Shown: positions 26,300-42,147, numbered from the stretch's first letter. The stretch: DNA of 64,000 nt from Octopus vulgaris (GCA_951406725.2 OX597817.1:170562001-170626000); one strand, 5' to 3'. The notes: generated by a model from the sequence alone, not told the origin. Translations and numbers: made by a program.

Positions 26300-26900
26300 C
26301 AGAAATTACCAATAACATATAACAAAGTGGAATATGTGGAGCCATCAAGAATTAATCGATTACATTGTTGCTGGTTACTTAGTTTTAGCCATAAATGGAA
26401 TATGTATAAATAGACATGGCAATAGTTGGAGTTTTTTATACGCAGGAAACTATGCTGGCATTTTGGAATATTTAAAGAAATTAGGTGGTACAACATACAG
26501 TACAAAAGGTGAAGGTTTTTGAGAATGATGAAAGCGGTCATACTCAGAGACATGTCAAATTATACAGACAAGGAGACTGAGGCAAATCATCTTGATATCA
26601 TTGTTAAAGAACACCAGGCAAAGAATATCTCCTAATCGATGTGTCAGTTTTAATGGAAGCTACTATATCTAAATGGAGAAAGTATCCAAATATAAAAAAA
26701 GCCTGAAGATAAAAATATCCAAAATGGAGGGATTGAAAACACAAACAATCCTTACAATAATAAGTGCCTTGGGAATGGTAAAAAAGAAATGCGGAGAAGT
26801 ATTATTTGGAATCAAAATACAAAGACTTACATAAATACAAAAGATACAGAAAATAGCACGATTTAGAAGCTGTAGATATATAATTTTCAATATAATAGGG
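26300..26900 (+). pseudogene. Decayed R4/Dong-like LINE C-terminus (CCHC zinc knuckle plus restriction-like endonuclease)
   Basis: With frameshifts: ICG..QELIDYIVAG...NRH, TDKETEANHLDIIVKEHQAKEYLLIDVSV, EKVSKYK, LKTQTILTIISALGMVKK, IQKIA. Confidence 0.75.
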
Positions 26901-27019
26901 AAAATACACTGCACACAAAGCTGGACTTGGTTCTGAAAGGAAGGCTTGAAATATGTTGTGGAAGGATTCTGATCACCCCTCAGATGACTAAAGGTGGACT
27001 GACTCTTTGTTATAAATTA

Positions 27020-27034
27020 AAGAAGCCTGTCGTA

Positions 27035-27068
<34 letters not shown>

Positions 27069-27290
27069 TATGTGTGTGTGTTTGTGTTTGTCCCCCTAGC
27101 ATTGCTTGACAACCGATGCTGGTGTGTTTACGTCTCCGTCACTTAGCGGTTTGGCAAAAGAGACCGATAGAATAAGTACTGGGCTTACCAAAAAGAATAA
27201 GTCCAGGGGTCGATTTGCTCGACTAAAGGCGGTGCTCCAGCATGGCCGCAGTCAAATGACTGAAACAAGTAAAAGAGTAAAAGAGAGTAA
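27020..27290 (+). mobile_element. SINE family A, 5'-truncated
   Basis: Similarity to 3' half of 9083-9491. Confidence 0.85.
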
Positions 27291-27984
27291 CTGTGAGCGA
27301 TTGGTAGTTCTTGTTGGTAAGCAGTTCACTGTGAGCCTTTGATATAGTGTTGAGTCTCATGTAATAGTAATAGTAGTGTGTCGTGTATATACTTTCTTCC
27401 CTCCTACTTTGTTATATTATATATCCAATACAAGGCTATATAAAAAATAACAATAAAATTAGTGAAATGATGATGGTGGTGTTGGTGGCTATGATGATGA
27501 TACATTCATTTATTTGCCACAAGGGTCCTAAATTCATATAACAACATGTTACTAAAAGGGCTTATGGGATGTGTTGGGACATAGTTATATAAAAACATAG
27601 TATGGGTTTAAAATGTTATCCCATATGTTATGTAAAATATTATGACATCTTAAAAACTAGTAAATAATAACCCAGATAAATGACACAAATAAGTGAATAA
27701 ATAAGTATATTATATATATGAGTGGTTAGGAAGCTTACTTTGCGACCATTTGGTTTTGGTTTCAGTCCCTCTTTGCAGCACCTTGGACAAATGTCATCTA
27801 CTATGTAATAATAATAATAATTTCTGATTTAGGTACAGGGCCAGAAATTTTGAGGTGAGGGAATTAGGCAATAGCATTGACTCAATTCTTGACTGTTGAT
27901 TTATTTTATCAATTGCCTGGAGGTATGAAAAGCAAAGTTGATGGAATTTGAATGCAGAACATAAAGAGCCAGAATATGATGATG

Positions 27985-28060
<76 letters not shown>
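27985..28060. repeat. (TAA)n microsatellite
   Basis: Direct. Confidence 0.95.
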
Positions 28061-28063
<3 letters not shown>

Positions 28064-28608
28064 TATTTCGTTTTTGGATTTGGTTTGCAAGATTCTTTAT
28101 GTGAGTTCGTGTGTTGAAGCATATTCTGTTGTGTCTGGGGTGAGTCATTTTCTTTTTGTGCCTTATAATGTACGTTGCCAGCGCCACCTTGGCTGGCTTC
28201 CGTGCCGGTGGCACGTTAAAAGCTCCAACCGATCGTGGCCGATGCCGGACCCCCCTGGCACCTGTGCAGGTGGCACGTAAAAAGCACCCACTACACTCGC
28301 GGAGTGGTTGGCATTAGGAAGGGCATCAAGCTGTAGAAACTCTGCCAGATTAGACTGGAGCCTGGTGCAGCCCCTGGCTTCCCAGACCCCTGTCAAACCG
28401 TCCAACCCGTGCTAGAGCGGAAAACGGACGTTAAACGATGATGATGAAGATGATGAATGTAACACACTCACTGGTAAAACTGCCACTTATTTCTTATTTT
28501 CATTTTCCTAAAATTTTCATTGCATCTTGCAACCTTTTCAATAGTCTTGACTCTGTCCATTATTTACACTGCGTTCCTTTTTGTTTGTTTGTGCGAATGT
28601 GTGTGGGT

Positions 28609-28645
<37 letters not shown>

Positions 28646-28947
28646 TGCCTATTCATTCATTTCTTTCACCTGATTGTTGTTCTCAGGGTTTTGGGTGGGT
28701 GCAGTCCAGCCACTCAATGCATACATAGGCATACACCCACACACACACTGACCCACACACATGCGCACAAACAAACAAAAAGTATGCAGTGTAAATAACA
28801 GAAAGATTCAAGACTATTGAAAAGGTTGCAAGATGCAAGGAAAATTTTAGGAAGATAAAAATAAGAAATAAGTGGAAATTTTACCAGTGAGTGTGTTACA
28901 TTATAAGGCACAAAAAGAAAATGTCTCTCCCCAGACACAACAGAATA
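28061..28947. mobile_element. Fold-back element between (TAA)n tracts; left arm interrupted by family D retroposon
   Basis: Arms 28122-28652 and 28725-28947; insert 28183-28455 with AATGTA duplication is absent from right arm. Confidence 0.75.
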
Positions 28948-29000
28948 ATAATGATAATGATAATAAAAATAATAATAATAAAGACTCTACTATAATAATA

Positions 29001-29141
29001 TAAGGTTGTCCCAAAAGTTCGTAGAAAGTCTTGGAAAATAATGGTCTTTATTTTGAGGAATAATTTTTGTTGTTTTTGTTAGTACTTGGCGAGTAAAAAT
29101 TCAATTTTCGCAAGTGTTTACGAACTTTTGGGACAACCTAA
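29001..29141. mobile_element. Mariner-type MITE (141 bp)
   Basis: TIRs AGGTTGTCCCAAAAGTTCGTA / TACGAACTTTTGGGACAACCT, TA flanks; resembles TIR of 18645-19210. Confidence 0.85.
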
Positions 29142-29914
29142 TAATAATAATGATGGACAACATATGAGCATTCAGCTTCCACTGAGCAACCCGCACAAAT
29201 GATCTGGTTATAGTGATCAAATGTAAGTGTTGCACATTAGTTCACTCTCTGCATCAAATCATTGTTGTCTGAACAGGCGCATGGTGTGTCATGCATCAGG
29301 TGTCAAAGTGATCACAGAGCTTTGCAAGATGAAGTGCTTTGCTCAAGAATGCAACGCACCACCCAGTCTAAGAACTGAAATCATGATCTAGCAATCGTGA
29401 GTGCAGCACAAGGTCAGCAAGTTTGAGGGAAGGGGTAAGTAAATTACAGTGACCCCAGTACTCAACTGGTACTCATTTTATCAGCCCTGAAAGGATAAAG
29501 GGTAAAGTCGACCTCAGTGGAATTTGAACTCAGAATGTAAAGACGGATAGAATGCCAAAAAGGCATTTTGTCCAGCATGTTAACAATTCTGTCAGTTTGC
29601 CGCCTCAGTAATGATATTGATGATGACGATGATGATGATGATGAGGAGGAGGAGGAGGAGAACAATGACGATGACAAAAATGAAGACAACACCATCACCA
29701 ATAATAATAAAAATAATAATAATCATAATAGTCAACAACAACAGCAACAACAATAATAATATTCATGACTTTGTTGACAATAATCTAAAATATAATAATG
29801 GAACACGTGGTTGTAGATATACAATAAATGGGGGTGCGAGAAGGGCAAAAAATCTATTGTAATAATAGGGGTAGGTTTAAAAGTTTGATACAATATTTTT
29901 TTTCTGTTTTTTCT

Positions 29915-30217
29915 CACCCTTTTCAAGCCTAGCCAGGCTCATGGGCCTGGTTTCCTGGTTTCTGTGGCGTATGTGTTCCCCCCAGCTGGACGGGACACCA
30001 GTCCATCACAGCGTTATTCAAAAAACAGGAAGAGAGAGTGAAAGAAAGTTGGGGCAAAAGAGTACAACAGGGGTCGCCACCACACCCTGCTGGAGCCTCA
30101 TGGAGCTTTTAGGTGTTTTCGCTCAATAAACACTCACAATGCCCAGTCTGGGAATCGAAACTGCGATCCTCTAACCATGAGTCCGCTGCCCTATTTTGAC
30201 TGGGTCATTGCGCCTCC
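29915..30217 (-). mobile_element. SINE family C
   Basis: Similarity to 10318-10628. Confidence 0.85.
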
Positions 30218-30959
30218 ACTTGATACAAATTATAAAAAATATATATAAATGAAGGAAATGTATAAATGTGCCAGTGCCATGTAGAAATAACCCATACTGG
30301 TGCCATATATAAAGCCATGTAAGAGCACTGCTGTTGGTGCCGTGTAAAAAAGCACCCAGTACACTCTGTGAAGTGGTTGGCATTAGGAAAGGAATCCAGT
30401 CACAGAAACCATGCAGACAACTGGAGCCTGGTGCAGCTCTGTGGTTGGCCACCTCCTGTCAAAGCATCCAACCCATGGCAGCATGGAAAAAGGACATTAA
30501 ATGACGCCGACGACGATGGCAGTGATGGCAGCGGCGGCGGCGGTGGCGGCAGCGGCGGCGGTGGCGGTGGCAGCGGCAGCAGCAGTGGCGGCGGCAATGG
30601 CGGCAGCGGCGGTGGCGGATAATAATAATAATAATAATAACTGCAAATAAGATTTTCAGAACCTGCCATCTTTTGGTAAACAAAGTAGGCGCATGTAGCT
30701 ATTGACAATGCAACTTGTAGTTTACTGAGTTTCCATTAGGTTTGATGTATTGCTTGCGGCATTGATAGTGGAAACAGTTTGGCAAATATAGAAATTAATT
30801 AATAAAGCAATTAATTGGTTATCTTTACGATGGGATGGAGGGTCTTCCAGAATTTTTCCTTTTAATTTACTCAAAGTAGAGCCATGTCGCATTTTATTTT
30901 GTAGGTTGTAAAATTAGATTTATAAACAACAAAAACATCAACAGCATTGCCAACACATC

Positions 30960-33900
30960 TAGCACCACCACAAGCTACCACCACAGCCACCACAACAACA
31001 ATAGTCACCACCACAACCACCAGCACTGCCACCACCAACACCACCACAGCCACAACCACAACTACAGCCACAACCACAACCACCATTGTGTCACCACCAC
31101 AGCTACCTCCACAACCACCACCACCACCACTACCAACACCACAGTCACAACCACAACCACCATTGCTTCGACCACCACTTCCACCACCACCACCACCACC
31201 ACCACCACCACAACCACAACCACAACCACCATTGCTTCCACCACCACTACCACCACCACCACCACCACCACCACAACCACAACCACCATTGCACCACCAC
31301 CACCACCACCACCACCACAACCACAACCACCATTGCTTCCACCACCACCACTTCCACCACCACCACCACCACCACCACCACCACCACCACCACCACCACC
31401 ACCACCACCACCATTTTCCACCACCACCACTTCCACCACCACCACCACCACCACCACCACCACAACCACAACCACAACCACCATTGCTTCCACCACCACC
31501 ACCACCACCACCACAACCACAACCACAACCACCATTGCTTCCACCACCACTTCCACCACCACTACCACCACCACCACCACCACCACAACCACAACCACCA
31601 TTGCTGCCACCACCACTTCCACCACCACTACCACCACCACCACCACCACCACCACAACCACAACCACAACCACCATTGCTTCCACCACCACTTCCACCAC
31701 CACTACCACCACCACCACAACCACAACCACAACCACAACCACAACCACCATTGCTGCCACCACCACTTCCACCACCACCACCACCACCACCACAACCACA
31801 ACCACAACCACCATTGCTGCCACCACCACTTCCACCACCACTACCACCACCACCACCACCACCACCACCACAACCACAACCACCATTGCTGCCACCACCA
31901 CTTCCACCACCACTACCTCCACCACCACCACCACCACCACAACCACAACCACCATTGCTGCCACCACCACTACCACCACCACCACCACCACCACCACCAC
32001 AACCACAACCACAACCACCATTGCTTCCACCACCACTTCCACCACCACTACCACCACCACCACCACCACCACAACCACAACCACCATTGCTGCCACCACC
32101 ACTACCTCCACCACCACCACCACCACCACCACAACCACAACCACAACCACCATTGCTTCCACCACCACTTCCACCACCACTACCACCACCACCACCACCA
32201 CCACCACCACAACCACAACCACCATTGCTGCCACCACCACTACCTCCACCACCACCACCACCACCACAACCACAACCACCATTGCTGCCACCACCACTAC
32301 CTCCACCACCACCACCACCACCACCACAACCACAACCACAACCACCATTGCTTCCACCACCACTTCCACCACCACTACCACCACCACCACCACCACCACA
32401 ACCACAACCACCATTGCTGCCACCACCACTACCTCCACCACCACCACCACCACCACCACAACCACAACCACAACCACCATTGCTTCCACCACCACTTCCA
32501 CCACCACTACCACCACCACCACCACCACCACAACCACAACCACCATTGCTTCCACCACCACCACCACCACTACCTCCACCACCACCACCACCACCACCAC
32601 CACAACCACCACCACCATTGCTTCCACCACCACTTCCACCACCACCACCACCCACCACCACCACAACCACAACCACAACCACCATTGCTTCCACCACCAC
32701 TACCTCCACCACCACCACCACCACCACAACCACAACCACCATTGCTGCCACCACCACTTCCACCACCACCACCACCACCACCACAACCACAACCACCATT
32801 GCTTCCACCACCACCACTTCCACCACCACCACCACCACCACCACCACCACCACCACCACCCACCACCACCACCACCACCACCATTCCACCACCACCACCA
32901 CTTCCACCACCACCACCACCACCACCACCACCACCACCACCACCACCACCACCACCACCACCACAACCACAACCACAACCACCATTGCTTCCACCACCAC
33001 TTCCACCACCACCACCACCACCACAACCACCACCATTGCTTCCACCACCACTTCCACCACCACTACCACCACCACCACCACCACCACAACCACAACCACC
33101 ATTGCTGCCACCACCACTTCCACCACCACAACCACCACCACCACACCACCACCACCACAACCACAACCACAACCACCATTGCTTCCACCACCACTTCCAC
33201 CACCACTACCACCACCACCACAACCACAACCACAACCACAACCACAACCACCATTGCTGCCACCACCACTTCCACCACCACCACCACCACCACCACAACC
33301 ACAACCACAACCACCATTGCTGCCACCACCACTTCCACCACCACTACCACCACCACCACCACCACCACAACCACAACCACCATTGCTGCCACCACCACTT
33401 CCACCACCACTACCTCCACCACCACCACCACCACCACAACCACAACCACCATTGCTGCCACCACCACTACCTCCACCACCACCACCACCACCACCACAAC
33501 CACAACCACAACCACCATTGCTTCCACCACCACTTCCACCACCACTACCACCACCACCACCACCACCACAACCACAACCACCATTGCTGCCACCACCACT
33601 ACCTCCACCACCACCACCACCACCACCACAACCACAACCACAACCACCATTGCTTCCACCACCACTTCCACCACCACTACCACCACCACCACCACCACCA
33701 CAACCACAACCACCATTGCTGCCACCACCACCACCACCACCACCTCCACCACCACCACCACCACCACAACCACAACCACCATTGCTGCCACCACCACTAC
33801 CTCCACCACCACCACCACCACCACCACAACCACAACCACAACCACCATTGCTTCCACCACCACTTCCACCACCACCACCACCACCACCACCCACCACCAC

Positions 33901-34832
33901 AACCACAACCACCATTGCTGCCACCACCACTACCTCCACCACCACCACCACCACCACCACAACCACAACCACAACCACCATTGCTTCCACCACCACTTCC
34001 ACCACCACTACCACCACCACCACCACCACCACCACCACCACAACCACAACCACCATTGCTTCCACCACCACCACCACCACTACCTACCACCACCACCACC
34101 ACCACAACCACAACCACCATTGCTTCCACCACCACTACCTCCACCACCACCACCACCACCACAACCACAACCACCATTGCTGCCACCACCACTTCCACCA
34201 CCACTACCACCACCACCACCACCACCACCACAACCACAACCACAACCACCATTGCTGCCACCACCACTTCCACCACCACCACCACCACCACCACCACCAC
34301 CACCACCACCACCACCACCCACCACCACCACCACCACCACCACCACAACCACAACCACCATTGCTGCCACCACCACTTCCACCACCACTACCACCACCAC
34401 CACCACCACCACCACAACCACAACCACCATTGCTGCCACCACCACTTCCACCACCACTACCTCCACCACCACCACCACCACCACCACCACCACCACCACC
34501 ACCACCACCACCACCACCACCACCACACAACCACAACCACCATTGCTGCCACCACCACTTCCACCACCACTACCACCACCACCACCACCACCACAACCAC
34601 AACCACCATTGCTGCCACCACCACTTCCACCACCACCACCACCACCACCACAACCACCATTGCTGCCACCACCACTTCCACCACCACCACCACCACAGCC
34701 ATAACCACAACCACCATTGCTGCCACCACCACTTCCAGCACAGCTACCTCCACCACCACCACCACCACAGCCATAACCACAACCACCATTGCTGCCACCA
34801 CCACTTCCAGCACAGCTACCACCACCACCACT
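30960..34832. repeat. ~3.9-kb complex (CCA)n-derived satellite
   Basis: Recurring module (CCA)n-(CAACCA)1-4-CCATTGCT(G/T)CC-ACCACCACT(T/A)CC. Confidence 0.95.
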
Positions 34833-35129
34833 ATAAATACAATAATGGACATACAGAATGGTTATTGATCAGTTGATGTTGTGCCATTTTGGGGAATATT
34901 TCTATAGCAGAAGCTTCACAGTATGCAAATTCTACGCATTTTATACACCACATTGTATCTGATAGAATGTAGCATGATGTGGAAAGTAAACTTATTATCA
35001 TCACTTAGCCCCAGGCAACCTGTGGAAGAGCAGACCAATGATCATATCCATGCCAGTCATGACCATCTAATAGAGAAAGAGAGAGCGAGAGAGAGAGAGA
35101 GAGAGAGTGTAAGTGAAAGCAAGAGAAAT

Positions 35130-35530
35130 GGTGTGTGTGATAAGTAGCTTGCTTACCAACCACATGGTTCTGGGTTCAGTCCCACTGTGTGGCACCTTGG
35201 GTAAGTGTCTCCTACTATAGCCTTCGGCCGACTAAACCCTTGCGAGTGGATTTAGTAGACAGAAACTGAAAGAAGCCCGTCGTATATATGTATATGTATG
35301 TATGAGTGTGTATATGTTTGTGTGTCTGTGTTTGTACCCCACAACATCGCTTGACCACCAATGCTGGTGTGTCTACATCCCCGTAACTTAGCGGTTTGGC
35401 AAAAGAGACCGATAGAATAAGTACTAGGCTTACAAAGAAAAAGTCCTGGAGTCGATTTGCTTGACTAAAGGCGGTGCTCCAGCATGGCCACAGTCAAATG
35501 ACTGAAACAAGTAAATGAGTAAAAGAGTAA
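35130..35530 (+). mobile_element. SINE family A
   Basis: Similarity to 9083-9491. Confidence 0.88.
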
Positions 35531-35591
35531 GCATTTTATCTGCTAAGGTAATGCTTCTCCAGCTCACTGCTTTAAAGCAAATGTTACATAT

Positions 35592-36060
35592 TATCATCAT
35601 CATTTAATGTCCATTGTCCATGCTGACTTGGATTGGATGGTTTGACTAGAGCTGGCAGAAACATTAGCACACCGGGCGAAATGCTCAGTGGTATTTCATC
35701 TGCCACTACATTCTGAGTTCAAATTCCGCCGAGGTCAACTTTGCCTTTCATCCTTTCGGGGTCGATAAAATAAGTACCAGTTACGCACTGAGGTTGATAT
35801 AATCGACTTAATCCGTTTGTCTCTCTTTGTTTGTCCTCTCTGTGTTTAGCCCCTTGTGGGTAGTAAAGAAATAGGTTTGACTAGAGCTGGCAAGCTGCAG
35901 AGCTGCACCAGGCTCCAGTTTGATTCAGCATGGTCCCAACAGCTGAATGCCCTTCCTAACGCCAACCACTTTACAGAGTGTGCTGGTTGCTTCTATGTGG
36001 CATCGTATGAGTGCTTTAAAGTGGCACTGGCACAAGTGTTTTTTACATGGCACCAGTACA
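35592..36060. mobile_element. Family D element (-) interrupted by family B SINE (+, ~35658-35873)
   Basis: GGTTTGACTAGAGCTGGCA duplicated either side of the SINE. Confidence 0.75.
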
Positions 36061-37214
36061 GGACTCTTGCATGCCAATCCTCTTCACCAGGGGAGCAGCC
36101 TTAACACTTTTGCCATGAAATATGGGTCTACTCTTTCCTTCTTTATTGACAAAGAAACACTGGATTTGAGGAAAATTTAGCACCTATCTCTAGCAGGTCA
36201 AATAACTGTGTGGAGGAGTTGTTCTCAACCATTTTTTACGTATGAACCCTTTCAATTACTATTTCATTGTGGTGGGCCCCCATAGCAATTTCATGCTTAG
36301 ATACTCCTTTAAGATACTCCTTTAAGAATTCCTATTTTGTTATCCACACATTCGCTTGTAAGTACGAACATCATACTTACAACAACAATTTTTCTTCAGG
36401 CCTCCATAATATAATGTCTACTGAGTTCAGCAAGACACCAGATATCTTGGTCCTTTGTCATCTCATCTGAATGTTTCAGTATCCTGAGGTCCTCCTTCAG
36501 TTCTTCATCCCATGTACTTCTTGGATCTCTTTCTTCCATGTATTCCACCTACTTTGAGAGATTGGCACTTCTTTTTGGAACTGTCAGCATCCATCCCCAT
36601 TGCATGACCAAACTAGTGCGGTCTTCTCTGTTGCACACTGCATAGGGTAGAAGTAAGTTGTAGTGTGTAGTATGGAAGATGTTAATAAGGAAGGAACTTC
36701 TACATGGTGGTTTGACAAGCTAAAAATAGCTGACAAATCTCCTTGAAATCAAACCTTCCTTTGCAGTTCAATTTCCTGTCCTTCTGTGTTTGTTCGATGT
36801 ACTGTGTATGTTCTTTTGACTTTCATTGCACTCTTTCTTTAATTGACTTACAACTACTTTCTATCCCATATTTGTGATAAGTTCTAGTGCACCTGAGTAG
36901 CACTGTATACAATAAACTCATTATTATTATCATTATGATTTACAAATACTTCAGAAGAAATATATAAATTAACTTGGACCATAGCAATGACCTCATCAAC
37001 ATCAGCAATGATGGAGTGAGGGAAGTTTTTCCCTTCTCAATGTCACATGATTGCCCAGAATGCATTTAAAAATAACACTTCACTCTTGAAAATATACTCT
37101 GTAAACATGATAGAACTCCTCCTCACCACCACCACCACCACCACCACCACCACCACCACCACCACCACCACCACCACCACCACCACAACACCTAAATCTA
37201 TCTCTTTCTTTTTT

Positions 37215-37418
37215 TCTCTTTTTTACTTGTTTCAGTCATTTGACTGCGGCCATGCTGGAGCACCGCCTTTAGTCGATCAAATCGACCCCGTAACTTATTC
37301 TTTGTAAGCCCAGTACTTATTCTATCGGTCTCTTTTGCCGAACCGCTAAGTGGCGGGGACGTAGACACACCAGCATCGGTTGTCAAGCAATGCTAGGGGG
37401 ACAAACACAGACACACAA

Positions 37419-37449
<31 letters not shown>

Positions 37450-37621
37450 CATATATACGACAGGCTTCTTTCAGTTTCCGTCTACCAAATCCACTCACAA
37501 GGCATTGGTCGGCCCGGGGCTATAGCAGAAGACATTTGCCCAAGATGCCACGCAGTGGGACTGAACCCGCAACCATGTGGTTGGTTAGCAAGCTACTTAC
37601 CACACAGCCACTCCTGCGCCT
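37215..37621 (-). mobile_element. SINE family A, full length
   Basis: Reverse complement of 9083-9491 type. Confidence 0.9.
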
Positions 37622-39689
37622 ATAATTTTGTTATACTACAAAAATCTAAAATTCCTGTAGTATAACTTTAATGACAGTACAGACATGCTTTTGGAACTAA
37701 AATAGTTTCTAATCATACATGACATTCATGTAGAGATAATTCAAAAAACGTTCTTACTAGTTGAACACTGAACTCCTTCTATTCCAGTTTAGACACAAAT
37801 TGGACGAGACAGATCCTTTCATAATGGTGGTAGTTGGATTGCTTATAAAAAATTGCTCATCCAACAAATGACAATTTGCAAAGTAATGGGAAATGACAAT
37901 ACACTAGAAATGCAAGCTTTCTGGATAAGAAACCAGAAAAACAAAATACATTAATATAAATGTATCTGTATACACACACACACACACATGCAAGCACAAT
38001 TCTAAAAACCTCTCCAAAACATTATACACATCAGTTAGACACTTTAATCAAATAACACCATTGTGAAAACTTCAATGCGTTAAACACCTGGTTTTCAAAT
38101 GGCACAAATAATAAAAGAGTTAAAATAATAGCGTCTGAAGTAAACTCCCTTTACATCCTAAACAGTCCACACCAATGAACATCATACTTACAACAATTTT
38201 TCTTCAGGCCTTCATAAAAAAAAAACACACACATAAAAAGAGAATGTTGCAAACATTTGTCTCTAACAGAAATCACAAAAAACCAACAGGAAAACACTTT
38301 AAAGAATAATTTACATCATCAACAAAACTGTAAGAATGGTTACATTACACTCCTTTACAACAGGAAAAACTTTAATATACCCACACTACAACTCCAAGAA
38401 ACTGTTCTCTCTTATCAGGCATTTCTTGAATATCAACCATCAAAAACTACACAAGGTTGGAATATAAGATGAAAAATAACACCCTTTACTAAGATCTTAA
38501 TTTTGACTCTTTCCATCCTTCAGATAATCAAATGAAATGGTCTTTAAGACCTGGCAAAATCTTAAATAAACATCTAGGGCCCTAAGGAATTAATTCACTC
38601 ATCGGCTACTCATACAACTTGTACCAATATTGTTACATGTACAGAAATCTGTCCAAAAGACACAAAAAGAACGATATCCTTTACACAAAAGAAATAACAC
38701 TCCTGTTCCATGATGCATGGAAGGTCCTAATTTCATGGGAACCAGCAAAACCAAGAACTGCCTCAATTACTTCTAACACAAAGAAAATGGAAAAAAAAAG
38801 AAAAGAACTGAACCTGGAACGATGTGGTTGGGAAGCAAATTTCTTACCACACAGCCATGCCTGATCATGTTAGGCACCTACATAGGAAGTGTTTTGAATG
38901 TCTTTTCCAGGGGACTTGACATCATAGATCTGCTACCTATTCCAAACAGAATGAAGAATTCTGGTGCCTAGTAAAATGTCTAGAATTACAATGAAAGATC
39001 GCGACACAGAACTATATTTGACATCTTTCTCAGTTCACATCTTAGTTTCTAGAAAATTGTGTTCTTAAACATATTGAAAATCAAATTTTTTTTTCATCTT
39101 CCTCTTTCTTATTATTTCCGAAGAAGATTTAATATAATAAGTAAGATTTATTTTGCCTGTTATTACTTTAAAATATTTAAACTAGATTATCTAAAAAAAA
39201 AGTTTATTTGATTACATAGCTAATGAGAACTAAACCTCTCCAGTCATCAGCAGTTTTCAGTGTAGGAAATTTTGTTAGCTCTAACATTTGAAGAATTTCT
39301 CCAGCAATGAAAGAAAGCTATTTAGCAATTGAAAAATTCACCTTCCAAAAAAACAAAAACCAATTCAGCATGTCAAATCTGATTTAGCATTTTAACAAAA
39401 AAAAAAAAAAAAAAAAAAAAAGAAAAGAGAAAAAATGGCTAAAAAATGGATTAAGAGTTCATTTTGTCATTTCTGTTCAAGAAGTGAGTTTGAGTGTAAC
39501 AAGTGTAACGAGTGTTTACTTACCAATGTGTTAAAGTTACCAAGTTGAAAATATTTGGTTGATTAAATTTTCCTTCAGTCATTTCTTTGAAATGAAAGTG
39601 AAAAAAAAAAAAATTATTGATTCACTGAAGTTTCCTATAAAACATTTTACATTGCTTGTTCAACTCATCTAGATTACTCATGCATAATA

Positions 39690-40255
<566 letters not shown>

Positions 40256-40609
40256 TGTGTGGGAAGGGTGTATAAATACACACACAATTTTTTCTCTTAT
40301 TTATATGATAGTAAAAGAGTGATGTGAAATATCTAGCATGAAGACCAGTTGGCATTAATGAAAATATTAAACTAAACTAAAAATCGAATTTGAGCAAAAT
40401 TCCTTAACTGACGTTTAAGTGTAGATTTTGAACATTATTTTATGCTGTAATAAAACTAAAAACGTGATTTGAATTTCACCACTGAATATGGCATGGCATG
40501 GTATGGCATGGTAACTTGTAAGTTATCACGCACCATAGTTCTTGTCAATTTAGTTTGAGGAAATTTGCCTAAGGAAGATTGCCAACTGGATTTTACTGCA
40601 GGACAATTT

Positions 40610-40664
40610 CATCATCATCAGCACCACCACCACCACAACCACCACCACCACCACCACCACCACC

Positions 40665-40726
<62 letters not shown>

Positions 40727-40822
40727 TATCACCATCATCCCCATCATCATCATCATCATCATCGTCGTCGTCGTCGTCATCATCATCATCATCACCATCA
40801 TCCCCATCACCATCATCATCAT
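40610..40822. repeat. (CAC)n/(CAT)n compound microsatellite
   Basis: Direct. Confidence 0.95.
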
Positions 40823-41572
40823 TTAGTTTCCACTTTCCATGCTCGAAGGTAATATTTCACCATGACCAGACACGTCTCAATGAAGAATGACATTTGCATG
40901 ATGGTGACATTCACTTAAAACTATTACATGATGCCACAGCAAAGAGACAGTGTCACACACACACACACACATGTGCACGCGCGCACACACACAACACACA
41001 CATACATATCATCATCATAATCATGGGCTTCTTTCAGTTTCCATCTACCAAGTCCACCTGCAAGGCTTTGGTCGGCCTGGGACTCTAGGAGAAGACATTT
41101 ACCTCCGGTACCATGAAGTGAGGTTGAACCCAAAACCAGGTGGTTCGGACGCAAACTTCTTACCACACAGCCATGCCTGAGAATTTACCTCATGCAATTC
41201 AATCTGAAACTATTTCCCATGAAAACAAGTTGGTGTGTCAGAATTGATGACAGATGAATGCCAATGACTATTGATTCTAACAGCAGTTGGTATGTCCTCT
41301 CCTTTTCAAGCCAGTTCAATGAGGCTACGAATTTAAGTTTTGAGGAAGAATTATTTTCATATTTTATTGTTTTAAATCAATAGGCATAGGAGTGGCTGTG
41401 TGGTAAGTAGCTTGCTTATGAACCACATGGTTCTGGGTTCAGTCCCACTGCGTGGCACTTTCGGCAAGTGCCTTCTACTATAGCCCCAGGCCAACCAAAG
41501 CCTTGTGAGGGGATTTGGTAGATGGAAACTGAAAGAAGCCCGTCGTATGTATATATATATATATATATATAT

Positions 41573-41919
41573 ACAATTCATAAATGAGGGCAAAGGAAAA
41601 AATTTCTAATGCCAAATATGCCGAAAAATTGGACATATTGTCCATTAACCATATAATTTTTTCCGATATGGTAATAATAGAATTCTTTAGAAATGTCTGT
41701 CGACCTTTTTTCGAGTAGCGTGTGTATTGTGAAAAAATTATATGGTTAATGGACAATATGTCCAATTTTTCGGCATATTTGGCATTAGAAATTTTTTCCT
41801 TTGCCCTTATTTATGAATTGTTTATAAATTTAACCGTTTAAGATATTTTTTAATATGCTGGCCATTGATAAAATATTTTTCGAAAAAATATTTTTTTCAA
41901 AAGAAATTTTATCCTCATT

Positions 41920-41921
<2 letters not shown>
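41573..41921 (+). mobile_element. Fold-back Penelope-like insertion in (TA)n
   Basis: Arms 41573-41663 / 41731-41821; same family as 13478-13711. Confidence 0.65.
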
Positions 41922-41970
<49 letters not shown>

Positions 41971-42147
41971 TTGAGTAGTTGAATGAATTATCTTGTTATG
42001 GATAATTCGGTTAACCGATACCTGGGTAGCAAATTCACATCAGAGAAGACACGTTTGAAGTTACGTGCTTTCATGTGGAAATTTGTATGTTTTTTTTTAA
42101 ATATAAATATATGAAAGAATGGAGTTGAACAACGAATTAACAAAATT

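Noticed and set aside
30871-34876. 1000-1300 aa ORFs (poly-P/T/H/V/G)
   Set aside because: Open in nearly all frames because CCA/TGG repeats lack stops; no domain or splice support
38050-38800. A-rich stretch resembling a decayed LINE ORF
   Set aside because: No diagnostic motif readable by eye
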